Assembly (NCBI GenBank): GCA_043803405.1
Contig: JAZDKB010000019.1
Span: 1 to 64,000 of the forward strand
Source of the DNA: Spirochaetota bacterium
GTDB lineage: Bacteria; Spirochaetota; UBA4802; JAFGDQ01
Direction of reading: 5' to 3'
Length of the DNA: 64,000 nt
Part shown: piece by piece, positions 11,264 through 20,963 of the stretch
How the letters are laid out: the number at the start of each line of letters is the position of its first letter
Position numbering within the stretch: the stretch's first letter is position 1
Translations under genes and position numbers: made by a program
The notes under the pieces: generated by a model
The model's input: only the letters and a program-made list of their open reading frames with translations
What the model was told of the DNA's origin: nothing
Database searches by the model: none

Positions 11264-11956
11264 TCAGTTATTTTTAATATCGTTTTTTATAGCACCGTCA
11301 ACCAGGGTAATTGTTCTGCCGGTTCTTTCCGCAATGGTTTTATCGTGAGTAACTATTATAATTGTCTTATTATTTTCGCTTACAAGTTTTAAAAGAGTAT
11401 CCATAAGCAGATTTGAATTGAAAGTATCCAGGTTGCCTGTAGGTTCATCAGCTAAAATAACGCTGGGATTGCCGACAAGCGCCCTTGCAACAGCAATTCT
11501 CTGGCACTCGCCGCCGGAAAGTTCGCTGGGTTTGTGATCGGCTCTGTTTACCAGATCGAAACGTTCCAGCGCTTCCAGCGCATGTTCCCTTGCTTTTGCT
11601 TTTTTCATCCTTCTGATTAAAAGCGGGATCATAACATTTTCGACTGAAGAAAATTCATTCAGTAGATTATGCATCTGAAAAATAAAGCCGATATGCTGAT
11701 TTCTGAAACCGGCAAGATCCTCTATGCTGAAATTTGTAATGTCATTCCCCAATATTTCAACTCTGCCGGACTGAAAAAAATCAAGGCAGCCGATCATGTT
11801 TAATAACGTGGATTTACCTGCTCCGGATGGACCTACAACTGAAACAACTTCACCTTCATTTATGGTTAATGAAATTTTATCCAGTACCCTGAGAGCATTC
11901 CGGCCGTAACCGTATACCTTTTCAAGTTCTTCAACAACAATAGAGTTCCTCATCAA
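11264..11956 (-). CDS. lolD: Lipoprotein-releasing ABC transporter ATPase
   Basis: GPSGAGKS, LSGGE, ADEPTGNLD; adjacent to a LolC/E permease. Confidence 0.85.
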   Translation of the reverse strand: MMRNSIVVEELEKVYGYGRNALRVLDKISLTINEGEVVSVVGPSGAGKSTLLNMIGCLDFFQSGRVEILGNDITNFSIEDLAGFRNQHIGFIFQMHNLLNEFSSVENVMIPLLIRRMKKAKAREHALEALERFDLVNRADHKPSELSGGECQRIAVARALVGNPSVILADEPTGNLDTFNSNLLMDTLLKLVSENNKTIIIVTHDKTIAERTGRTITLVDGAIKNDIKNN

Positions 11957-11968
11957 TTGCCCTCGCTT

Positions 11969-13270
11969 TTATTCGTATCTGATCGTTTCAATCGGCTGCA
12001 ACTTTGACGCATGCCATGACGGGAAAATGGCAGCTACTGTGGAAAAAAAGACAGTGATTATCGTAATAGTTACAACGAACTCAGGGCTTATTTCCGTTGG
12101 TATTGAATCAAGATAGTAAACGTTCTTTGGAACCAGCGAGACTCTTTCGTAAAATCCTATTTTGAATAAATAATATATCATGGACATGGTATTGTTTATT
12201 ACTTTTTCTATCCATTCAACTATTGCCTCAAGGTTGATTGAAGCTGCAAGGCCAAGGACAACCCCCATGCAGGAACCGATAAGCCCAATTAAAAATCCTT
12301 CAAGAACAAATATGGTCATAATGGATTTTTGTTTCGCACCCATGGATTTAAGTATGCCGATAGACTTTCTTTTTTCCGCGACCACCATTACTAAAGTTCC
12401 CATAATGGTAAACAGGGCAGAAAAAATAACAAGGAAAAGTATAATTGTCATAATTAATTTTTCTAAACGAAGAGCGTAAAAAAAGTTCTGGTTTTTTTCT
12501 TCGGCTGTGCGTGTCTGATATTTATAACCTGTCGCGGCCTGAACTTTGTCGGCCATATAGTCCATTTTATATAAGTCGTATATCTTTGCACCGACACCGG
12601 AAGCCGTGTCGCCTATCTCGTAAAGATTTTGAGCGGATTTAAGCGACATTACAACCAGGCTGGTGTCAAATTCGTAGTAATGGGTTTTAAACAATCCTAT
12701 AACTGTGAATATGCCTTTCCCGGCTTCCATGCCCGTAGCTGCCGTTACCTTTCCTTTCGGCACAAAAAGCTCAATTCTGTTCCCGATAGAGATATTATTG
12801 TTAAGAGCCATTTCAGAACCTATAAATACTTCATTGGTTCCCGTGAAATTTTTTTTGCCTTCCGTAACGAATTTTGCGACTTCTTCGGGAAGATTCTTTT
12901 CAATGCCAATCCCTCTTACGGCAATAGGAGCCAGATTATCACTGAATCTGAATATGGCCTGGCCTTCAATATATGGTTCTGCGGATTTAATCCCTTTTAT
13001 GGACTCTATTTCTTTTTTCAGGCTAATATAATTCTTTATGGTTTTATCTCTTGAAATGGGATGATTTATAACTGAGATGTGAGATCCGACATCCAGAATT
13101 TTATCCTTTATGGCACTTTGAAAACCATTCATAACCGATATTACAATTATTAAAATAAATACTCCGATGAACACGATCATAATTGATAAAACAGTATTGA
13201 AGGATACTATTCCCTGGCTTTTTTTTGCTTTTAAATATCTGAACCCTATGAATAATTCGTATAAACTCAT
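11969..13270 (-). CDS. lolE: Lipoprotein-releasing ABC permease LolC/E family
   Basis: SVMNGF, IGILKSMGA motifs; FtsX-type C-terminus. Confidence 0.85.
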   Translation of the reverse strand: MSLYELFIGFRYLKAKKSQGIVSFNTVLSIMIVFIGVFILIIVISVMNGFQSAIKDKILDVGSHISVINHPISRDKTIKNYISLKKEIESIKGIKSAEPYIEGQAIFRFSDNLAPIAVRGIGIEKNLPEEVAKFVTEGKKNFTGTNEVFIGSEMALNNNISIGNRIELFVPKGKVTAATGMEAGKGIFTVIGLFKTHYYEFDTSLVVMSLKSAQNLYEIGDTASGVGAKIYDLYKMDYMADKVQAATGYKYQTRTAEEKNQNFFYALRLEKLIMTIILFLVIFSALFTIMGTLVMVVAEKRKSIGILKSMGAKQKSIMTIFVLEGFLIGLIGSCMGVVLGLAASINLEAIVEWIEKVINNTMSMIYYLFKIGFYERVSLVPKNVYYLDSIPTEISPEFVVTITIITVFFSTVAAIFPSWHASKLQPIETIRYE

Positions 13271-13423
13271 TATCTTCCTTTAAATTTATTCATAATATAT
13301 TTTTTAACTCTATCTTTATAAATTACTCATTTTAGCTGACTTTTCTGTAATATTATTGTTAAATTAAAAATAAATTTCATAATAATCATCAATTTTAAGG
13401 CGGCAGGATGCCGCCGTAAGGTT

Positions 13424-14239
13424 TTATAAACCGGTATCAGGTTTGGGCTTTGTGTACACGCCAAGATAATATGGCTCTGAAATATCGTAACTATCGTTCA
13501 TGTGCAAAAAGCTGATCAATTCATCCTTATGCAAATTAATAAATTGATATGCATTATCTTTGGAATTAGAAGTAAAAATATTTTGAAAATAGTCGATCAT
13601 AGACTGTAAATTGTTATTAAAAACCAGCTGCATATTCTTAACGAGCTTGAATTCTTTTAATCCCATAAAAGTATTAATATCATCGGATATATAATAGTCG
13701 TTATGCAAAGGGAAAATTAATTTTATGAATTCATCGTAAACGCCTTCAATGTCGTTATTATTCAGCACTACGCTGGCGAAAAAAAAGATACCGTCAAATT
13801 GTAAAGCGCGCTTGAATTCGTTTATGCACTTGCCCGAATCAAAAAAATCCAGATAGTCTACGCATATTAAAAGATCGGCAGCATAATAATCTACAGGAAA
13901 ATCGTGAAAATCGCCATTAATAAAATTTAACTTTTGCATGTCGCAATCTTTCCCTTTTGCCTGAATAAACTCCTTAATTGCTGAAAAAGAGGGCTCAACT
14001 ACAACAGTATATGCTTTAAATTTATTTACTATATCGAGTAAAATGTCTCCATGTCCGATGCCGGCTTTTATTATTACTTTTGGATTATATGTGTTGATAA
14101 CGTCGGACAGCCTCTCCCTGACAGCTTCCGATCTCTTTTGCGGCTCGATTAAAAAATTATTTTTTAGATCATTTTCAATGAAATTTTGCACCTGCTTCAA
14201 TCTATTCATATTTAACTCCCATGAAGTTTCTATAAACAA
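13424..14239 (-). CDS. Class I SAM-dependent methyltransferase-like protein
   Basis: AGIGHG glycine loop, VVEPS, GDF motifs. Confidence 0.6.
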   Translation of the reverse strand: MFIETSWELNMNRLKQVQNFIENDLKNNFLIEPQKRSEAVRERLSDVINTYNPKVIIKAGIGHGDILLDIVNKFKAYTVVVEPSFSAIKEFIQAKGKDCDMQKLNFINGDFHDFPVDYYAADLLICVDYLDFFDSGKCINEFKRALQFDGIFFFASVVLNNNDIEGVYDEFIKLIFPLHNDYYISDDINTFMGLKEFKLVKNMQLVFNNNLQSMIDYFQNIFTSNSKDNAYQFINLHKDELISFLHMNDSYDISEPYYLGVYTKPKPDTGL

Positions 14240-14324
14240 TTATACCGGAAGAAAACAACAATATTGAAGATATATCATGCAACCGGCGATGCAAATCAGC
14301 AACAACTTTTCTGCATATATAATT

Positions 14325-15041
14325 TTATTTTAATTTTTCATTTGAAGGAGGGATTTTCAAAAGCTGGTTTATGTGGTCTTTTATTTCCCTGGAATCCGGA
14401 AGTTTTTCAAGTGCCTTTTTGAGGAATCTTTTTGCCGTATCGAGCTGGCCTTTTTTCATTTGAAGGCATCCCATTGTATCAAGATATGCAGGGTTATCGG
14501 GATTATGTCTGAGCGCATTTCTGGCGTATAAAAGAGCATCGTTCAGATTGCCGTTATTTGCCGACATTATATATGCAGCCGAATTATAGGCGTTTGAGTT
14601 GTCTTTATCGATTTCGATAATCATTTTATAAACTGCAAGCGCTTCGTCCGGCTTGTTTTCTTTCTCCAGGATGAATCCGAGCATATTCAGCAGAGTAGTA
14701 TCGGTTTTTGAAATCTTTAATCCGTCATTAATATTTTTTTTTGCCTGCGGAATATCATCTGCCATGATTAAAGAATATGAAAGCATTTTTATTACTGCCA
14801 GTACATCGATAAATGTCAGCGGCAGATCCCGGACTTTTGTTAAATATGTAGCCGCGGTGTGATACAATTCTAGTCTGCAATAACAGATACCAAGGTTGTA
14901 TAATATTTCCGGATTTTCTTTATCGAGAACAAGCGCTGCGCTGAGTTTTTCTATAGCGCTATCGTAATCTTTGCCGGAGATTTTTTTAACGGCAGAATTT
15001 AAAAATATTTTAATTCTTTCATTGAGGTCGGTTGCGGACAT
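14325..15041 (-). CDS. TPR protein
   Basis: Repeated TPRs (YNLGICY, YLDTMG). Confidence 0.8.
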   Translation of the reverse strand: MSATDLNERIKIFLNSAVKKISGKDYDSAIEKLSAALVLDKENPEILYNLGICYCRLELYHTAATYLTKVRDLPLTFIDVLAVIKMLSYSLIMADDIPQAKKNINDGLKISKTDTTLLNMLGFILEKENKPDEALAVYKMIIEIDKDNSNAYNSAAYIMSANNGNLNDALLYARNALRHNPDNPAYLDTMGCLQMKKGQLDTAKRFLKKALEKLPDSREIKDHINQLLKIPPSNEKLK

Positions 15042-15054
15042 ATAATCCCAAAGC

Positions 15055-15804
15055 TCAGTCGAGCTTAATTGAATTTTTATTTGTTATTTTATTTAAAAAA
15101 TTATAATCAGTACAATCCAACGCCAGCGGCGTAATTGTAATATATCCTTTTTCAAGTTCTGTTATATCGGAAATATCGTTGTGTATGGATCCGATACCGT
15201 GATTATACTCCAGATGAATTTCTTCGTCTTTTCTGCCGGTTACTTTGTAATAATCGTTATATTTCCTTTTCCCCAGTGACGAATATTTTACTCCCTGAAT
15301 TTTATTGCTGGGCAGATCCGGGTAATTGATGTTCAGCAAATAAGATCCGTTGTTTAAAACAACAGTATCCTGAATATAATTAAGCAGAAATCTTGAAGCG
15401 TCAACAAAATATTCCGATTCTCCTTTTCGGTTAAGCGAGATCGCAATACCCGATATTCCGTACACATGTGCAACCCGCGCTCCGCCCACTGTGCCCGAAA
15501 AATGAACATCATCTCCCAGGTTGGATCCGTGATTTATGCCGGATATTACCAGATCGACTTTCGGGATAATATCTCCTCTTAGTCCCATGTTAACACAATC
15601 AGCAGGGAATCCTGGCACAGCGTATTTATTTTCGGAAATATGAATTACTTTAAAATTATCAATGAAGGAAATGGCGGTGGAACTCCCGCTTTTTTCTTCT
15701 GTCGGGGCAATTATAAACACATGATGCTTTTCAGAAAGGATATCGAATAATGTGTTTATGCCTTTTGCGTGGACCCCGTCGTCATTTGTTAATAAGATAT
15801 TCAT
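15055..15804 (-). CDS. surE: 5'/3'-nucleotidase SurE
   Basis: ILLTNDDG, SGINHGSNLG, SGTVG. Confidence 0.95.
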   Translation of the reverse strand: MNILLTNDDGVHAKGINTLFDILSEKHHVFIIAPTEEKSGSSTAISFIDNFKVIHISENKYAVPGFPADCVNMGLRGDIIPKVDLVISGINHGSNLGDDVHFSGTVGGARVAHVYGISGIAISLNRKGESEYFVDASRFLLNYIQDTVVLNNGSYLLNINYPDLPSNKIQGVKYSSLGKRKYNDYYKVTGRKDEEIHLEYNHGIGSIHNDISDITELEKGYITITPLALDCTDYNFLNKITNKNSIKLD

Positions 15805-15816
15805 TTTATGCTTCTT

Positions 15817-17142
15817 TTATTTTTTTTTGCATAAACCCTGATATGCGATATGCATCATGTACTGGTCGAGCAAAATAATTGCTGTGAACGCTTCAGCCAC
15901 AGGCCATATGCGAGACACAATGGTCGGGTCGCGGCGCGTTACCGCGCTAAGTTCGGCGTTTTCAACCGATACCTTGTCTATAGTTTTCTGGGGGCGCGCT
16001 ATTGTCGGGGTCGGCTTTACTGCAAGGCGGACAACTATGTCCTGGCCTGTTGCAAGGCCGCCTGTGATGCCTCCGCTGTTGTTGCTTCCGAACACAACCC
16101 GGCCTTTTTCCGCGCGTATCTGGTCGTTGCATGCGCTTCCGGTCATATCCTTAACCCTGACTCCTGCCCCTACCTCCACTGCTTTCACGGCTCCAATGCT
16201 CATCATCCGGCCCAGCTCTCCGTCCAGCTTTTCGAATACAGGTTCGCCCATGCCTGCGGGCACTCCTGTCGCAACGACCTCAACAATGCCGCCGCTGGAA
16301 TCGCCGTCGTCGCGTATCCTGATTATTGCATCGTACATCGCGTTTGCCGCGTCTATATCCGGGCAGTTAAGGATATGATGTATCCCCTGTTCCGCAAGAG
16401 CGTCAATTTCTTTTTTGCTGACCGGCTGGCGCTTGATATCGGGCACCATTTTTTCAATCTCTGCAAGTACAGCGATCTTTTCAAAAAATCTCATACCGGG
16501 TTTTATGCGTCCTTCTTTGAATACAAGATTGTAAACCGGGTCTGTTTCAATGCGGAACTGTTTAAAACCGTTTACTATTTTTATGGCTTTTTGATAGTCC
16601 ATTTCTTTCATGGCTATTCCGGCAGCTTCCTTAACGTAGGAAAATATTTCAATGCCGTTATCCTTAAGAACGCGCCTTGCAATTGCCCCTGCTGCTACAA
16701 TGGTCGATGTGTAGCGTCCGCTGAAAATGCCTGCGCCTATTGAGTCGTCCCACGATCCGTATTTCTGATACGATGCGTACGAAGCATGTCCCGGGCGCGG
16801 TGTGCGGTTTGTGCTTCTGTACTGCTCTATGTGCTCAAAATGCCTGTCCATGTTCGGTATAAGTATAACAAGCGGGGTGCCGTTCGTATATCCTTCGTTC
16901 ATAAACCCGGCCATAGTGTCGGCGGCATTTACACCGCTGTAAATCACAGGTATGTCTGGCTCACGGCGAGGCGATGACAGTTCCCCCTGCCCGGGTTTTC
17001 TCTGAAGGAGTTCCGAGTATATATCCTGCTCTTTGAAATAAAAACCCGGAGGCACTCCCTGTATATGTGTCGTAAGTCCTTCCTGGTACGATCCGCCAGC
17101 CACAGCGACCTGAAAAATATTTCCGTATGAACATCCCAGCAT
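15817..17142 (-). CDS. aroC: Chorismate synthase-family protein (divergent, 441 aa)
   Basis: PRREPD, TNGTP, PRPGHA, GDSSGG, GMGEPVF, NNSGGITGG, KPTPTI motifs; the N-terminal GESHG motif is replaced by GGSYQ. Confidence 0.8.
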   Translation of the reverse strand: MLGCSYGNIFQVAVAGGSYQEGLTTHIQGVPPGFYFKEQDIYSELLQRKPGQGELSSPRREPDIPVIYSGVNAADTMAGFMNEGYTNGTPLVILIPNMDRHFEHIEQYRSTNRTPRPGHASYASYQKYGSWDDSIGAGIFSGRYTSTIVAAGAIARRVLKDNGIEIFSYVKEAAGIAMKEMDYQKAIKIVNGFKQFRIETDPVYNLVFKEGRIKPGMRFFEKIAVLAEIEKMVPDIKRQPVSKKEIDALAEQGIHHILNCPDIDAANAMYDAIIRIRDDGDSSGGIVEVVATGVPAGMGEPVFEKLDGELGRMMSIGAVKAVEVGAGVRVKDMTGSACNDQIRAEKGRVVFGSNNSGGITGGLATGQDIVVRLAVKPTPTIARPQKTIDKVSVENAELSAVTRRDPTIVSRIWPVAEAFTAIILLDQYMMHIAYQGLCKKK

Positions 17143-17295
17143 TATTTTCTCCTTGATTTATATTGAAGCAAAATAATAGTATTATTGTAAAGAATATTAA
17201 CTGTTTCTTTAAGTAATAGCATGTAAAGTAGAGAATAATAATTTTTTCAAGTATAAATTATATTATATCCGGATTAATATTAAAAGGGGGATTAG

Positions 17296-17682
17296 ATGAC
17301 AGATTACTCCAAAGCCGCTTCTGCTAAAACGGAAAAGCCGGAAAATTTTAAGTTTGATTTTATTCCTGCAGGGAACAACGATTTAATAATAGAATGGGTG
17401 TATCCCGAATTTCAAAGCATCTGCCCAATATCCCAAAGACATGACCAGGGCACGTTAAAGCTTACATATAAACCAAAGGGAAAGATACTGGAAAGTAAGT
17501 CCATGAGAGAGTATTTAAGCGCCTGGCGCAACCTGCGGAGCTGGCAGGAATATGTAACCGAAGAGATAGCCGATGTTTTATTTAAAGCCCTGGACCCGGT
17601 CGGCTTAACAGTCGAAATAGAATGGAGCCCGCGCGGAGGCATTTTTGCACGCACTGTATCATCAAAAGGCGGAGATATATAA
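17296..17682 (+). CDS. queF: QueF-like preQ0 reductase (single T-fold)
   Basis: PEFQSICP...D, ESKSMREYL, PRGGI. Confidence 0.7.
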   Translation: MTDYSKAASAKTEKPENFKFDFIPAGNNDLIIEWVYPEFQSICPISQRHDQGTLKLTYKPKGKILESKSMREYLSAWRNLRSWQEYVTEEIADVLFKALDPVGLTVEIEWSPRGGIFARTVSSKGGDI

Positions 17683-17686
17683 AATA

Positions 17687-17714
17687 AAAAAGGGAAACTC
17701 GCGTTTCCCTTTTT
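17687..17714. terminator. Bidirectional terminator
   Basis: AAAAAGGGAAAC-TCGC-GTTTCCCTTTTT between convergent genes. Confidence 0.75.
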
Positions 17715-17745
17715 GTTTGAATCCCCAGCTTCAAAAATAAGGCTT

Positions 17746-18285
17746 TTAGAAGAAAGCCTTAACACCTAATGCAAATCCTACTCTTTCGCCTGTTACAGTC
17801 TCGCCGTTCTTCATACGAACATAAGAAAGGAACACCTCGCCATAAGCAGAAAGGTTCTTGTAAAAATTATATACTGCTCCGCCCTGGAGTTTTAAAGATG
17901 TTTCTGTAATATCAGAAGGTTTTGTTTTTTCAATCAATAATCCGGCGCCTGCATAGGGTAAAACCGGAGCTTTTACAAAGCTGAAATAATAATTTGCAAG
18001 CGGGCCGAATGAAGTTGTTTTTTCGCTCCCGCCTGTTCTTTTATCATTTTTATAACCTACTTTTCCGCCTATTGCAAGATTATCAATTACGCAATATTGA
18101 ACTTCGGGCTCATATCCCATAGCTAAAAATGAGAAGTAGGAAGAATTATCAAGATCGCCCATTCCTGTCCAATAAGAGAACAACGGCAAAGTAACTACAA
18201 TATTGCCTTTTGCAGCCTGATTATTCGCGGCAAATGCCGGAACTGCCAGAAACATAACAAAAACTATAGCTAAAATCTTTTTCAT
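17746..18285 (-). CDS. Small outer-membrane beta-barrel protein
   Basis: True start likely MKKILAIV (GGAGGT RBS); signal peptide AFA; alternating beta strands; C-terminal Phe. Confidence 0.75.
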   Translation of the reverse strand: MKKILAIVFVMFLAVPAFAANNQAAKGNIVVTLPLFSYWTGMGDLDNSSYFSFLAMGYEPEVQYCVIDNLAIGGKVGYKNDKRTGGSEKTTSFGPLANYYFSFVKAPVLPYAGAGLLIEKTKPSDITETSLKLQGGAVYNFYKNLSAYGEVFLSYVRMKNGETVTGERVGFALGVKAFF

Positions 18286-18667
18286 AATATTTACCTCCAA
18301 AATTTTATTATTTTTATAAACATAACATGCCAGGGATAATATAAATTTGATAGAAGCTAATGTAAAAATCGAAAAAAATAAAGCAACCATATTTTTATTA
18401 TTTAAAAAGCAAAATTTCGGAATAGCATTAAAAACAGGATAATTATCGTTTAAATACTATAAAAATATGTAAATTGTGTTTGAAATTATTAAATCATTAA
18501 CTAAGTATAAGTAAATTTAATTGTTATTTGTAAAAAAATTTTTCAGATTGTTATTTAATTCATTGCTAAAACAACCATGCCATTTTTAATATGGCCGTAA
18601 ATTCAATTGATTGTATTCTACGATCAACATTTTACCGATTTCCCATCAATAATTAGGTAGGTATATT

Positions 18668-19504
18668 ATGAATGTCATTACAGTTTCAAGGTCTTACGGT
18701 TCCGCCGGAACTTCGTTTGCCAGTAAACTTGCCGAGGTAATGGGCTATCGATATGTCGGTGAGGAGCTTGTAAAAAAAATCGATGAGTCTAAGGATGTAA
18801 GCGATGTCCTTGCCATGAATTTAGAGGCAGAGACGCCTCCGGATTTCTTCAAAAAAATGAAGGAACTGGTCAGTAACCGGAATTTCTTTAAAGTCGCCCT
18901 GGAAACATACGTTTATGAAATGGCGCTGCAGGATAATCTCGTATTCGTGGGAGGCGGCGTACACCTTATTCTTGAAGGTTATCCCTGCCTTTTTTCCGTT
19001 CAGATTGTCAGAGGTCTCTCGGACAGGGTACGGGCGGTGGCAGCAGATGAAAAGATCAAGTGTGATGTAGCTCTTGAATTAGTAAAAAAAATAGATAAGC
19101 ATAAGGTAAATTTCATAAAGCACTACTTTGATAAAGAGCTTTTTGACCCAACCATGTTTCATCTTACAATCAATTCAAGCCGCATGACCCTTGATGATGG
19201 CCTGGATATGATTGCAGAATACAGTGAGAAGGCTTTTAAAAGAGCAGATCATAATAATTCGAAGCTATTTCTGACAAAAAGGCTAATCGAAAAAAGGTCA
19301 CAGCTTATCCTTTTTGCACTTAATTTAACGCATCAGGGCAAAATTAATTTTGAAGCAAAGGACGACGGCAAACTTGTTATCAAAGGCGTAATAGGCGGGA
19401 AAAATGATAAAGAGCGCCTGCTTGGTATGCTGTCAAAAGTTCCGGGAGTAACAGGTGTTGAAGATAATCTTACGGTAGGAATCCTTTCCCGCAATCTCTA
19501 TTGA
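18668..19504 (+). CDS. Cytidylate kinase-like family protein with C-terminal BON domain
   Basis: ITVSRSYGSAG P-loop variant; C-terminal VPGVTGVEDNL. Confidence 0.75.
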   Translation: MNVITVSRSYGSAGTSFASKLAEVMGYRYVGEELVKKIDESKDVSDVLAMNLEAETPPDFFKKMKELVSNRNFFKVALETYVYEMALQDNLVFVGGGVHLILEGYPCLFSVQIVRGLSDRVRAVAADEKIKCDVALELVKKIDKHKVNFIKHYFDKELFDPTMFHLTINSSRMTLDDGLDMIAEYSEKAFKRADHNNSKLFLTKRLIEKRSQLILFALNLTHQGKINFEAKDDGKLVIKGVIGGKNDKERLLGMLSKVPGVTGVEDNLTVGILSRNLY

Positions 19505-19525
19505 TTTAAATACGGAGGAATTTAG

Positions 19526-20851
19526 GTGTTAATATTCAGGAATTTTGTACTGGCAATTATGTTTAGCGTGATGCCGACAATGCTTTTTGCATCGTCGGAA
19601 CACAGTGAAGCTTTTTTTCCGATCTGGTCAGTCGTATTTTTTGCGTTATTAATCCTTTCTATCGCAGTTTTCCCGCTAATTAATGCTGAGTGGTGGGGTA
19701 AAAATTACGGCTATGTGTCACTTGCGCTTGCTATCCCTGCAGGCATAATTGTCATTATAATTGAAAAGATCGCACTTGTCCATGCTGTGATCGAATATAT
19801 TTCCTTTATTATTCTCCTGGGTTCCCTTTTTGTTATTTCGGGTGGTATTGTAATTAAGACTTATATACGCGGAAGTGTTAAGTTAAACTGCGCATTTCTG
19901 GCATTAGGCGCTTTGCTTGCGAGCTTTATGGGCACTACTGGCGCGAGTATGATTTTAATCCGGCCGGTAATCAGGGCAAACAGGTGGAGAAGTAAAATTT
20001 CCCATGTATGTATCTTTTTTATATTTTTAGTGTCAAACGTTGGCGGAGTCCTTACTCCTCTTGGAGATCCGCCACTTTTTCTCGGCTTTCTGAAAGGCGT
20101 TCCATTTACATGGACATTCAGGCTTTTCCCTTTCTGGCTTTTTACTGTTTGTATAATTTTAATTGTTTTTTATTTTGTTGACAACCATTTAATGAAGAAA
20201 GAACACCCTGACGCATTTCTCCTCTCTCTTAATGATGATGAAAAGATGAAAATTGAAATACGCGGAAAAATTAATTTTATATTCCTCGGTATGGTTATCG
20301 CTTCTTTCTTTGCCCCTGAAATCATAAGAGAGATTATAATGATCGCAGCTGCGGGTTTGTCCGTCTACTTTACCCCGATTGCTTTACGTGAAGAAAACGC
20401 ATTTACATATCATCCGATCAAAGAAGTGGCAATACTCTTTGCAGGTATATTTGTAACTATGATTCCGGCTATGAAAATACTTGAAATAAGCGGTAGCCAA
20501 CTCGGCATCAGCTCGCCTGCTAAGTTTTTTTGGGCAACGGGCATTCTTTCCAGCTTTCTGGATAATGCGCCAACATATCTTGTGTTCCTGACAGCAGCAA
20601 AAAGCGTTGCCCAGTCACAGGGTGTTATAGACAATCTTATTGTCGGAGTTCCTCAGGCCTTTCTGCAGGCTATATCGGTAGGTGCGGTATTTATGGGCGC
20701 CAATACATATATAGGCAATGGGCCGAACTTCATGGTTAAGGCAATATGCGAAGAAAACGAAGTAAAGATGCCTTCATTCTTCGGCTACATGTTATGGTCA
20801 TGCGCCATACTGATACCGATTTTTATATTAATAACGCTCATCTTTTTTTAA
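19526..20851 (+). CDS. Sodium:proton antiporter (IT superfamily)
   Basis: GTTGASM, LTPLGDPPL, SSFLDNAPTY, TYIGNGPN. Confidence 0.85.
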   Translation: MLIFRNFVLAIMFSVMPTMLFASSEHSEAFFPIWSVVFFALLILSIAVFPLINAEWWGKNYGYVSLALAIPAGIIVIIIEKIALVHAVIEYISFIILLGSLFVISGGIVIKTYIRGSVKLNCAFLALGALLASFMGTTGASMILIRPVIRANRWRSKISHVCIFFIFLVSNVGGVLTPLGDPPLFLGFLKGVPFTWTFRLFPFWLFTVCIILIVFYFVDNHLMKKEHPDAFLLSLNDDEKMKIEIRGKINFIFLGMVIASFFAPEIIREIIMIAAAGLSVYFTPIALREENAFTYHPIKEVAILFAGIFVTMIPAMKILEISGSQLGISSPAKFFWATGILSSFLDNAPTYLVFLTAAKSVAQSQGVIDNLIVGVPQAFLQAISVGAVFMGANTYIGNGPNFMVKAICEENEVKMPSFFGYMLWSCAILIPIFILITLIFF

Positions 20852-20963
20852 ACGGCTCGGCTAATATAGTGAGCCGGTATAGCAGGTAATTTTAAAACTA
20901 TATAAGCGCAGGGATTTTGCAGCATTAGCAACATTGCCCTTGCGCTTATTAAATTATTGAGGC

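Noticed and set aside
15850..16743. 297-aa plus-strand ORF and other long antisense ORFs
   Set aside because: Shadow frames of the GC-richer aroC gene; no recognisable motifs.
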